Positions 26,890 to 39,350 of a DNA stretch of 64,000 nt are shown in pieces (within the stretch, counting starts at the first letter, position 1; each line of letters opens with the position of its first letter). The notes below the pieces were generated by a model. That model was not told the origin of the DNA. It worked only from the letters and a program-made list of their open reading frames with translations, and ran no database searches. This DNA comes from Camelus dromedarius (Eukaryota), in contig NC_087436.1 of NCBI RefSeq assembly GCF_036321535.1, positions 107,634,001 to 107,698,000 on the forward strand, in the 5' to 3' direction. The translations under genes were made by a program, and so were the position numbers.

Positions 26890-28479
26890 CATTAGTGCTT
26901 ATCATTCCCTTTGCCTGGTTTGTTCTTATTCCCTTCTCCTCCTACTCATGTATGACTCAGCTGATATGTTGCTGCCTCCAGAAAGCCCTTTCTGATTTCT
27001 CCAGACTGGGCTGGGTGCTACCATTCTCTGCTCCCAATCACAGCCTACCAGCATTGCACCTGCTATTGGTTCTGCGCTGTCCAGTTCATGCATCTGAGGC
27101 TCCGACTAGGCAGGGAACCATATTCCACCCACCTTTACATCCCTAGAAGATATTGCAGATCCTGGAAGGGCTTAAAGGATATTTGCTGCATGAATGAAGT
27201 GGTGATCTGGGATTTATACACCATATGGAAGGGAAAACGGGAAGAATTGAGATCGTTGTCTCGGTGCAGAGTGATTGGTATGAAACAAGAAGGGCAGACC
27301 CGTTTCCTGCTGTGTTTAGTTCTGGTTTCCTGAACCAGAGCAGAAGGATTCTCAGAACTCTGAGAAAGAGAACAGAGAGATTCTCAGAGAAAAGAAAAAG
27401 TAGCCGAATATCGAGATGCACATCCTTTTCTTTTTAAATCCCAGTTGCTTTCCTTGTTGTGATAAAAACACAAAACAACCTAACTTGAACTGAACAAAAA
27501 TTGGGACAGGCTGTTGTAGCTTGAGCAGCTCTCAGATCCAGTAGAGGAAACATGGGGACAACAATGTTTGTGCAAGGACACGGATGTAAGAAAACCTAGC
27601 TGACCCTGTCCTGGCTTCCGTCAGAGAAATTCAAGTGACAGTAGCCCTTGTGCTGGCTGCCAAAGGAATTGGCTGAAAGCAGGAGATATTTGAGGCCCTT
27701 GACATGCTATTTTTTTAAAGAGAGTGTCCGTGACAGCCTTTAAGCTCCCTGGCTCCCTTTGACACTAGGAGGCAATGGCAGTCAAAGGAAAATTGAGGAC
27801 CAATCCTCATTGCTTTTTCCCGACACGATCTTAGAATTTAGAACAGCACCAGCATGGAAGAAAAGGTGGTTGCAGCTGCGTTAGTTAAGCTCTTCTATCT
27901 GTAGCAAGAGAGGATCCAAAGATAAACTAGGACTTGGTTAAGCAGGAACACCCAGGATTCTCCGCAGGCATGGGCTAAATTGAAATCCAGATCCCGGAAA
28001 TCTTGCAGGATTTTACATGTAGGGAATCTTGGATATTATCCTTTGTACTTTAAATTCATTTCTGTTTATAAACATGTGCTTAAACATTGAACATAAACTG
28101 GTCATTGGAAACGATCAATGTAGTGTCCGAGCAGCTTGATGGAAAAGATGGATGCCCATGGGCATCTTTCCTCCCACACTGGTTTCCCCTCTGATTCCAA
28201 ATACCCCTGCTTTCCAACACTTGTCTTCTTCCTGAAGGAAAAATGCCATGGGGAAATTATTACAAGACAAGCCAAAGCAATTCTTTCATAAACAATATGC
28301 TACAAGGAGTGGGCACTGTCCAGCAGTCCTGGGAATGCATGGAATGATTACACAGTATGACTTTGAGTGCCTTCTGTCGGGGAGGACATTGAACAGTGTC
28401 GCCTGGGAAGTGCATGCTGTCCATCTCCTTTGCAGCGGACCATCTGTCTTTATCACATAACCAGTCATTTTTTATTAAG

Positions 28480-28930
28480 GAAAAGATCTTTCCTTCTTTT
28501 TTAGTTTGCTTAGAGGTTTTCATCATGAAATTTTTGTAAGATGATTTTTTAAAATCTGTTGAGATAATTATGTTTTCCCCTTTAATGTATTATTCTGGTG
28601 ATTAATACATTTTAAAAAATATAGAATTCTTTGCTTTCCTAGGATTAACTCATTTTAGTTGGGGTGAATTTTCTTAACAGACTGCTAAATTTATTTTACT
28701 TGTATGTGTTGAAGTTTTTGCCTCTATATTTTTAAATCAGATTGGCTTAAATATTTTTTCTTATGCTATTCTTATCTAGGTTTGATATCTATGTTACATT
28801 AGCCTCATTGAATGAGTTTGTAGCTTTCCTTTTTTTTTTTTTTTTCTTATTCTGTGAAGCAATTTGCATAAGCTAGGAATTTTTATTCCTTGAGTGGTTC
28901 ATGGAAATCATCTCTAAAAGCTTCTAGGCT
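28480..28930 (-). mobile_element. Old L1 ORF2 fragment
   Basis: AATCTGTTGAGATAATTATGTTTT, GCCTCATTGAATGAGTTTG and similar antisense L1 ORF2 motifs. Confidence 0.65.
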
Positions 28931-29369
28931 GAGTGTCTTTTGGATTTTATGATTTGTCCCATCTGCTTGGCACTTCTCCACATGTCTTATCTTGGGAGTT
29001 AGACTGAAGGATCAGCTTTTGCTTGAGACATGCTCTGGTCATGGGAGGGCAGGAGCAAAAGGCCAAACCAAAGCATGTAAGCATGTGTCCAGCTTCTCAG
29101 ATGTGGCAGAGAGAACCACTATGCCTGATGACTGATACCATAATATTTGCTTAGCAATGGGGTGGCAAATGATCGGAAAACAACAACAGAGATCTAGATG
29201 GTTGGAGATACATGTATGTCGTGGCAAAACTTCGGCACACTTGACACACCTGTGATCCCTTAGAAGGCTCTGTGCTGAGCTTACATTTCTAGAGGAAGAG
29301 ATGAACAATGATGTTAGTAGGTTTAAACTCATTGTTATTAACTACATTTTGCAAGTTATTTCTAAAGTT

Positions 29370-29553
29370 CATAGACTATGATACGTCATAAATTGCAAGA
29401 CACACCGTTATTTTATGTCTCACTCAGGATGAAAAACATCAGTTAAGCTTGGACATTATGCCTTTTTATTGCATCAATTATGAAAGGCAGCCCAATCTCA
29501 AAGATATTAAAATGAAAAGTGAATATGCATCTCATAATCAATGAAATATGGTA
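29370..29553. mobile_element. Tc2/mariner-like (MER104/Kanga-type) DNA transposon remnant
   Basis: Terminal TGCATCTCATAATCAATGAAATATGGTA resembles the recalled Tc2-type TIR followed by TA. Confidence 0.5.
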
Positions 29554-30379
29554 TAAAAAAGATAAAGAATTGGACAGATTATATGCAAAAAAGAAGGAGA
29601 ATAAGGTCTCAAAGGTCAGGGTCCTCCAGGTTTGGAAAAGTCAATTGCTTCTAGGCTCCAAGGAAGGCATGTGATTTGAAAAGGCTTTGAGAGGCAAAGA
29701 CCCAGTGAGACTTCTTAGTTGTGTGGAGTGACTCAGCTTTGAGGCAGAGATCAGCTCTGAGTCAAAGAAATGGTCTGTCCACTCAAGCCTCATTGCCTTA
29801 AGGTAGCGGCCGTTAGGTTGAGAGGGGCAGGCATGGGGGCAAGAGAGAGAAGAAATAAAAAGATCTGTGATCCAAGTCTACAAAAGAATTATGAATACAG
29901 TTAACAGCACATGGATCTAACCAGAAGCAAATAAATCAGAAGCATACTAGTTATTTGAGAGAACTTGCTCCCAAAGAACTCGTGTGACTTGCCTAGAAAA
30001 AGCTTAATTGTTTGAGCCTTAAAACAACCCGCATGCAGGAAATGGGCCGCGTGAGCTGTGCCACTATTAAAAGGTCCACTCTCCAACACCCAAGTCAGAT
30101 GTGGCCAACGTGGATGATAAACCAGGAAGAATGTCCCTGAGTGAAGTCCAGAATCATAAAGAACAAAAGGCAGGCGATTCTCTCCTTCAAGAGAGCAGAA
30201 TTGGGGTCACTTCAAGGAGCTTTCACCCCTTCCATGGTAGAAGACCTTCACAAAGTTGGCCCAGTGGTGTATCGAAATTGCTAGAGACTAGTGGCTACTA
30301 AGCATCTCCTAGGTGTCCACGCGGTTATTGCGTCCCTGGCCCACCATTGCAGGGGTGGGGTGGGGGAGGGGATCTTGTC

Positions 30380-30975
30380 TTCTTAGTTCATAGGTTGTTG
30401 TACAAGAAGGAGCCACATCCAGATGGAAATGGAGAGGTTACCCAGAAATCCTGGACTTTGAGCTAGTTTCAGTGCAGATCGGATCTCCTGACTGCCTCCC
30501 TGGGGAGGGTGTGAGCATGTTCTATGTGTGGGAGAAAGAACAAAATGCATATTTGGAAATCAAAAATAGAGACATTTGCAATGACAGATATAGGTATTTA
30601 TCAAACCCTATTCATTTCCCCCGGATACATAGGAAGACCATTTGCTCACTCTCCCATTGTGTTAGTAGAACCAAATGAATAACTTCTGGCCAATGGGTTG
30701 TGGGTAGAAGTGATGTGCACCACTCCTAGACCTGGTCTTCACCTCCTCTGCGTAACCTTCATGTTCTCTCTCCCACCTCTAAAGGAATTGAAAAGCTTTG
30801 TGTTGAGATGGAAGGGGCGTCTCTGAATGACTGCAAAAACCAGAACAGAGAAATGCATGCCCACCCTTTCCTCCAGTGACTATCATTGAGAGTGAGCAAT
30901 AAAATTTTATTGTGTTCAAATGAGATTTCTGAAAATTTCTTATTGCACAATAATGTAGCCTTGCCGAATTAATGC
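30380..30975 (+). mobile_element. MaLR internal 3' end plus adjoining MLT1H/J-like LTR
   Basis: CCTGGACTTTGAGCT...GGGTGTGAGCATGTTCTATGTGTGGGAG (int end), then TTCTGGCCAATGGGTTGTGGGTAGAAGTGATGTG and AATAAAATTTTATTGTGTT (LTR). Confidence 0.65.
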
Positions 30976-31139
30976 AATCAACCAGCATCTCTCCATTGGG
31001 TTATTCTTATTGGGTTTACCATATATTCATTAATAGTGTTCTCCTGGAAGATAGCCTTTCTCTTGGCCTCAGAGAAAGGATATCTCTAGCTGATTTCTCT
31101 GTTCTCTGTTCAAAGAACAACTTTTATGAGTCTTCTTCA

Positions 31140-32220
31140 CTCCAAGTCTCTACTTCCTTCCTCCTCCGCTAGTTCCAAACCTAATGGTCACTTCTCTGTC
31201 CTTACTTAATTTGAATTCCTCACAGCATCTGTAATGGTTTACCATGCTCTTTTCTTTGGTTTTCTTTCTACTATATTGGCCATTTCTTCTCCATCCATCT
31301 CCCCGTCATCCCTTCAGCGGATCTCAAAAGCTGAAAGCGACCCAGATCTTCTTTGTGAATTAGCTCCCTCACAGCCTAGGTGATCCCATTCATGTCTGTG
31401 CCTCTAAAGTGCACCACGTTTGTGCTAGTGAAACCCAAACCTATAACCCGAGCTCGAGATTCCTATATTGAACCGTCTATTCAGTATCTCTATTTGGAGG
31501 CTTAACCGGTATCTCAGACTTAAATGAACAGAACACAACTGTTACCAGCCCCAGCCCCTCCCATAATATCTGTTCTTAGGGTTTTTCCATCTCTGTAAAT
31601 GCTATTGCCATCCTCAGCCCCTAAATCTAGGATTCCTCTCTGACTTTCCTATAGTTCATCTTTTCTTTATACCCCTCAGTCAATTAGTAATTAATCCTCA
31701 CCATCACCACTCACCAAACTGTATTTCAAATCACCCCCATTCATTTGTCTTGATAATGCCTTGTAGTTGATCTTGCTGTTTCCTTTGGAGTTTCCGCAGG
31801 GAAGCCAGTGGAAAGATTAAGCAAATAATATGACCCTCCTGCAAAGTTCTTTAGGAGTCTCTGATTGCAACTAGAATAAAATCCAGCTTCTTTATTTCAC
31901 CCCACAGAGTCTTATATAACCTATCCCTTGCCTGACTCTCCAGTCTTATCTTCCCGCCTTACCCCTCATACACTGAAGCTTAGTCTGACTGCTTTCTTAT
32001 TGTCACTCAATCATGTCAAGTTCATTCCTACCTCAGGGCCTTTGCACTTCCTGTTCCTTCTGGTCGGAATGGTTTTCTTTTGAATCTAATTATGACTGCC
32101 TCCTCAGCATTCTGATCTCTGCTCAGATTTCCTTGTCCTAGAGAAGCAAATAGACAGTCATTTTCCATCCCTTTAACCAGTTCTATTTCTTCATAACTTG
32201 TATCTGGATCTGAAATTATT
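31140..32220 (+). mobile_element. L2 fragment
   Basis: CCTACCTCAGGGCCTTTGCACTTCCTGTTCCTTCTG and other L2 3' motifs. Confidence 0.75.
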
Positions 32221-33448
32221 ATTTTTTATTTGGATGTGGCTGATTCACTCTAAGGAGGTTTGACTGTATCTTAACAAGTGACATACTTCCAGTATCTTAG
32301 TTTAAACCATTATATTATTACTTAAAAACAAGCAAAGGAAACTTTGGATATTTACCCTGAAATTTCAAGCAGGAGCTAAATATAATGAATGACAGAAGTT
32401 GAAGAGAGCTGCTGGCTTTTGTGCAGAGGAACTTAATAAAACCATTGGTTCAAATAATGACTTAATTATAGCATGCCAGAGTTAGAATGCCACCTGATTA
32501 TGGTTCCATTTCAATTTCCTACCAAGCTTCTGGTGCAACCAGCACTTTGAAATGCCATTGCAACATTGCCTGCTGGAGCATCTTATTCTTGGGGAAAATG
32601 TTTTTTCTTTCCGGTTGCTTGGGCACCACTCTCATTAAATTGCAATCAAGTCTTTGCCCTATAGTGTGTCTATTTTCAGATCCAGTCCTACCCTTTAAGC
32701 ACCCATCCTCCACTTGATGGAGTGTACTTTCTCACCATTTAAAGAGACCCATGCAGACCCTCTGTGATAGAGGTGCTAGATCTGGCTTCAGTCCTTGCAT
32801 CTCTCAGCAGATGTCCCCACTGGCAGCTCTTGTTCCTGTTCCTGCTTTGGTCCCTCTGGTCCTGATGAACACGTGATTCAGTTTTCTCAGCCACAGCTCT
32901 CTCTTGCTGGCCAGGCCCTTCCAAGGATATAACACCACTCTAGTCACCAACCTCCTGTTTGTTACAACCCTGACATCTCTTATTCTTGGATGCCGATTCC
33001 TGGGCAGCTCCTACTGAGCACACAGCCTGGGGCATTAGGCTCAGAGATGGTCTGACTTTCAGTTGTCCTCCAATGAGAAGACTGATGACCTCGTGGTGGT
33101 AAGAAGAATAGAAGTTTTTGGTAGCTCACCAAATGATTGTTCTGCACTCTTCCCATAGAATCTTAATCCATCCATCCTGCCACTAAATCCATTATGAGAA
33201 ACTCTAACAATCCTGTGTTGGTCAGGAAGCTTTCAAAGATGCCAGCTGAGCCTCAGCTAGTTTGTTCCAGGACAACTTCCATTTGTGGAACCCACCTGGC
33301 AAAAGACCTAGGAGATCTAATCTGAATTAGCACTTACTATCCTTTTAAATAGAAGATCGAAACACTTCAAGAACAAACTTTTAAATTTGAATAAAAAATA
33401 GATCCATCTGAAGGGGAACAATTCTTCCTTATTCTAGAGAATGCAGTC

Positions 33449-33850
33449 TGTATTTGTTTGCTTGGGCTGCCATAACCAAAGTACCACAGAGCAGCTTCAA
33501 CATCAGAAATATATTTTCTCACCATTCTGGGGCCTATTAGCTCAAGATCAATGTGTTGGCTGGGTGGTTTTCTTCTGAGGGTCATGGGAAAGGTCTGTTC
33601 CAGGCCTCTCTCTCTGACTGGTAGATGGCCACCTTCTTCCTGTGTCTTTATATCATCTTCCCTCTGTACATGTCTGAGTCCAAATTTTGAATCATATTGG
33701 ATTAGGGTCTACCCTGATGACCTCATTTTAACTTAATTACCTTTGTAAAGACCCTATCTCCAAATATAAGCATATTCTGAAATACTAGGGCTTAGGACTT
33801 CATCGTATGAATGGCGGGTGGTGGGTGCCCACATAATTCATTCTATAACA
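33449..33850 (-). mobile_element. MaLR solo LTR (MLT1A-like)
   Basis: Starts TGTATTTGTTTGCTTGGGCTGCCATAAC, contains GACCTCATTTTAACTTAATTACCTTTGTAAAGACCCTATCTCCAAATA, ends ...ATAACA. Confidence 0.88.
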
Positions 33851-34869
33851 AGATATTTAGCCTTTTGAGAAACGTTCCATCCAAAGTTGCATTCTGTCCT
33901 GTGATCACCTGCAGCTAAATGAATAAATGAATGTGAACACTTTAGTTTGTTCCTGCTTAAGAATGTTTGCATTGGCTTCTTCTTTGACCTACGATCTTCT
34001 CTACATGGTTATATGGCTTGCTCCATCGCTTGATTTGAAACTTTAATCAAATATCACCTAAGCAGAGAGGATCTCCCAGATCACCAATTTGTGCCTTCAT
34101 CTTACCCACCCCCATCACCTGCCACTGTCTGTTACTCTACCCTGTTTTATTTTTGTTCCCAGAACTTCATACAATATGAACTTTCCAACTTTTGTTTACT
34201 TGGAAGAATTAAAAAATAACAATAACAGCTACCATATCTAGCATCGATTGAGTCCTTACTACATGTTAGACCCTTCTCTAAGCACTTTAGAGTTACTATT
34301 TTATTAAGTTTCATAGCAGTCCTGTCAGGTTGTCACTATTTTTAACACTGTTCTACAAATGAGGAAGCATGCTTATTGTCTTGCTTACGTGTGTGACACC
34401 TGTAAAAAATTATATGTACTTGTTGAGTGAAAATTAATGATTACAAATGCAAAGCTGAAAGAAATAGAAAGGGATAAAGTAAGTTGGCAAGGCTTGGTTA
34501 TCCAGATCCAGAATTAAACTTAGAGAATAATTTATTAAAAATTGGTATTGAAATGAGAATACAGCCTTAAAGTGTCTTGTATGTCTCCAGGGACGTCTGA
34601 GAATGCACATGGACTCCCACGTTACAGGGTCACTAAGTCATATGATCAGAAGTTCTTGATGGCAAGTTTGCATTGGAATCAACTTGAGAAGTTTTTAAAA
34701 CTACAGTCTGGCTCCCAGACCCATTGTTTAGAATCCTTTGAGGAAAGGTCCAGGCATGTGAGTTTTGAACTCTAGACTGGCACTTCAAACTCAACCTAGG
34801 GGTAGAGGAACAAACCTTATGGTCTTGAAGATAAGGGTGATCACAATTCTTTCTTGCTCTGCAGAACCT

Positions 34870-35100
34870 GGAGTAGCATATCAGTACCTGCGTGGACTTT
34901 GAAAGTCATTCGGACTAATGTTCAAGTCCTAGCTTTGTCCTTGCTTTTGGTGTAAGTAATTTAAATTCCCTGAGCCAACTATTCCTTAAATGCAAAATGA
35001 ATATAATGTTTCCTATTTCATAATACTGTTCTGAAGATTAAATGGAATTATATACTGTTTAGTACAGTGTCTCGCCCAGAAGTAAGTCCTCAGTACTTAA
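34870..35100 (+). mobile_element. MIR SINE
   Basis: GGACTTTGAAAGTCA...TTCAAGTCCTAGCTTTG...TAGTACAGTGTCTCGCCCAG. Confidence 0.65.
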
Positions 35101-37889
35101 AAAAATACTCTAAATAGAAAGCCCTTGGGAAAGCTAAGAACAGTGCAGATATTTTGGGGGTGGGGGGTGGAGCTGGCAGTAAATGCGTTAAAACTAGAGA
35201 TATTCAAAAGACCCTTCTGTGCCGGAATTTGCCACTCCAAGCACACCAGAGCCTTCAAGATGTCCCAAATACTGGTATCACCCTAGTCAGAGTTTTCAAC
35301 TGTGGAATTATCTTCTTGCTCATGATCAATGGAATCTCAAGTTTTATAAGACGTCAGCATTGACTTTTTTCTAAGACAGATTCTTGGGGCTGCGTTGAAG
35401 TAGCAGCAGCCAGTATCTGCCCTCAATTACCAAGAACCAATGGCGGTTTAACCACAGTTGCAAAGTAATTACAGCTGCTTTTTGAGTTGGTCCAAGTTGA
35501 ATGATTTGAAAAAGATCATTAGGTATTATTTTTCCATCCAACTAGCGCAGCAGAGGGAAAGTCACCCATGAAGCAGGTTTCAATAGAGGAATTCCTCTAC
35601 TGCCAGACTGGTTCTCCACCATGCGTGTGGTCTGACAGAGCTCCCACTCTCAGGATACTGTCTTTCTAGAATCCTGCAGAAACTCTGACCTTGTCAGACA
35701 TTGCTTTCCTAGAGTTCTCTAGATGTGAAGGTGATTAACATATAATTTGAATCACTTACTCTTTCTGCCGTTCACTGGGCATAGTTTAAATGGAAACCAT
35801 TTGCGTAAATGAATTTTCCCTTCTTCAGTGTTGTGGAGGGAGCGTTCGTTGTGAGTTACTCCATAAGGTGAATTATCTTAATGGAGGCAGTGTGTGAAAA
35901 ATTAACAGATGTTTGTGGAAGTCTAAATCTATTTTGCTTTGTTTAAAGATGTGATTTAGACTCATCTGTCTTCAAATAGCTCCTAAATGATTCAAATAAA
36001 TAACTAGTCAAGCATACAGTAGGTTACTGCAAGAAGGCTCTGCCCAGAGAAAGTGTGCATGCCAGATCGCATTTTAATTTTTCAAAGAAATGGATGCCTT
36101 TCGTTGTTTGAGGCATTTACTGCTTCTAAGGGAAGGCTTCAGCCTGTGCCTCTGCTTCCTCTAGCTTCTAGAAAACTGAGAAAATGAATTTGCCAACGGA
36201 AGCAATGTTCTATATTAGGAAACGTGCACATTGGCAGATGGTCAAGGGAGTGCTACCTGGGTGTTGAGAGCCATTTAGGGCTATTCAAATTTAAATCTTT
36301 GATTTGAGCTGAACGCAGAACAGCAATAACCTATTTGTTGTCTTTATGCTTGGCTGAAGTCAGAGGAAATGTAATATTGGTATTATCTACTCTTGTAGTT
36401 ATGAATAGACGTATTTGTAAATGGGTCATTGTTGAAAAGTATTTGGATAGTAATAGAAGTCTAACCTCCAAGTGGGTAACTGAATGGAGATAATAATATT
36501 TTCTATACATCTATTGCAGAGTATTATGTGGCAGGCGAAATGCAGGACCGGGGTTATATCACCTAGCAGACTGTCAACATGATGTGCATCCCCACGGGCT
36601 GTACAGGGCTGGGAAATACAGGGTGGGCAGTTTTATATTTATAGGAACAAGCTACCTACTTCTCTTTGAAAACACATTTCTATTAGTTATTCTAGAAAAC
36701 CTTCTGAAGCAAGCAGTGGAAAATGGAATAGTTAGCTATTTTGTAAACCTTCCAAAATTCCAAGCAAGGATTTTAATATACTTTGACCATAACGGGGCAC
36801 TCTTCCTTGGACTTTTTGAGAACAATAGACAAATAGGCAATTGTGAAATCCACATTTAATTAAATGAGATATCAATTTTTTATTTACCTCCTTTCCTGAA
36901 CTAAACTGAAATATTTTCTCTACTGTTTAGAGTGTATTAGAAATTTAGTTAATATAGTTAGTATGGTAGGGCAAGGGAAATTTAACACGTAATTAGGTTA
37001 TGACTAAACTTGAATCCCTGCTGCAGAAACACAAATATTATTAGACCTGAAAGGAAACTTAGAGGCTTTCTAGTTCAAATCCATCATTAGACAGGTAAAG
37101 AGAAAGAAGGACTCTCGTAAGGACGAATCATTGATTAATGGCAAAACCAGAAGACAGGTCTAAGAGAGCCCAGATTAATTAGGATAATTAAAATTAACAG
37201 CAAAAACAAGACCTATCAATAATTTTCCTGACAATATTTCATTCCATCTGTTTTCTTTTCTCACACAAATTTTATTGAAAAACAAAATTACAAACAAGAT
37301 CATCACTATGTCCATTGGAAAATCATGTGTAATCATATGAACGCATTGAATTAACTAGCATTTCTGAATGAGTAAGGATTTCTTGAGACACACACAGAAG
37401 CATAACTGAAGCGACATGATTTCCTGATGTTGCTTTCCATGGACCTCTTTCTAGGCTTTTCTTCTGAAGGTCGGAGCACAGCTGAACAGCATTTGCAGGG
37501 AACAAGGGCCAGAGCTTGCCTGAGGTTCGGAGGGTTCGTATAGCTCCACGGACTCTTTATGACAGACATAAAGGAAGGATGGAGACCCGGAGCTAGTCAT
37601 GTCTGTGTTGTGCGTGTTTGTGTGTTTCTTCCTCTTTTTCAAGGGTGAATAACTCTAAATCTCTAGCCAAAGATGATTATGCTTAGAATCCCAGAGTATA
37701 TGGATTCAAGTTTATCCAATAACCCAGTCCCCTACTGTCCACCAATAACACTTTTTAAAACAGATTTTTCTCTATGTGAATATTTTTATATGATTCCACA
37801 CTTAGTATACAGTTGGAGTGTATGTGTACATCTTTTATTGCATATATAACTTTTTTTCTTCTATGGGACTGAATGAAGAAGAAACAAAA

Positions 37890-39350
37890 CAGTTGATATT
37901 TATCATGATTCTAGCTCCCTGATGGATTGGTCCTTTTATCATTATAAACTCTCCTTCTGTGTCTCTAGAAATAATTTTTATCTTAAAGTCTGTTTTGTCT
38001 GATATTAATATAGTCATGTGACTCTCTTTTGGTTATTGTTTGCATGCTATGCTTTTACTTTCAACCAATTTGTGCCTTTCAATCTAAAGTGAATCTCTTG
38101 TGGAAAGTCAATAGTTGGATCATGTTTTTATATCCATTCTGCCAACCTCTGTCTTTTGATTGGAGTACCTTATTTAAATTTAACATAGTTACTGATGAGG
38201 TAGGGGCTACACCTGCCTTTTTGCTATTTCTCTTCTGTGATTTGTGTTTTGTTTCTCTATTTCTCTGTTATCTTCTGTTGTGTCAAGTAGGTATCTTCTA
38301 GTGTTTGGCTTTAATTGTGGTGTTCCTGTTTTACTTTATTGATTTCTCTTCTTAGTGGCACCTTTGGAAATCAGATACTCCCTCTACCTAGAGTCTGTTG
38401 TTTTTGCTGTTTGTTGCTTGTTTGTTTAATGACTTTTCTGAACTATTTTGTAATGTCTGTATCTTTTGATGTGTGTGGTCACTGAAGTCTTTGCTCAGTC
38501 AGCCTAGGAGTCAAATAGTAATTGGACAGACATTTCCTTAAATGCCTTAAGCTTTGTCTCCCACTGTTAGTTTGTTGTGGCATGCCTTCAGCACTTTGGC
38601 AATTTACAACTCCACACTTTGTTTTTTACTTACTACTTGCAAAAAGCCTCAAGGCTAGCCAGGGGTGAGAGCTTAGGGCCTTCTCAGTTCTTTATTAGCA
38701 TGCACATGACCTTTTAGATCCCCAGGAATATGTTGAACTTTTCAAAACCTATAGACATTTAATTCCCTAGAATTTCCTCCTAAGTTTTTTTAGGAAGCCT
38801 CATTTCCCAGCCTGTATCCCCAGCTCAGGCAGCCGTGATATTAAACAATTGCTGTTGATTGCTTCTGACAAATGCCCTGAGGTTAGGGATTCTCCCGCTG
38901 AGTGAGGTCGCCTGAAGATAAAGCCTGTGAATAGGGCTTTTATAAGGAACTGCCAAAGAAGTCAAATAGGGACAATTTGCTGGGGATGGGGCTTTTTGTA
39001 GTGCTTCAGACACCTTCTGCCCTCTCCAGTATCTGCTAGGCTGCTGTTTTTCGTGGCTACATTGGTAGTAAGAATGCTATTTTTTAAGGCCACTGCAGAG
39101 CTAAGGAAAGAAAGATGGGAGTAGGTAAGCACAGCAAATTATCATATCATATAAACACCATTATTACTGAGATTCAGCTTTTTTTATTGTTTTGTTTTGA
39201 CTTTGTTTTACTTACTTGTTTTACTTTCTATTATTACAAATTTTGCAGTACGTTCCAGCATTGTGAAAAACTTACTGCTGACAATATTTTGCCAGTTTTC
39301 TCATTGCTTTTCTGGAGGAGTGAATTTTTGGAGATCCTCACTCTGCCATT
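37890..39350 (-). mobile_element. Old L1 with endonuclease-domain remnant and probable 5' region
   Basis: ORF 37835..38017 ILISDKTDFKIKIISRDTEGEFIMIKGPIHQ matches L1 APE-like endonuclease (AILISDKIDFK...RDKEGHYIMIKGSIHQ); 38360-39350 resembles old L1 5' sequence (less certain). Confidence 0.8.
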
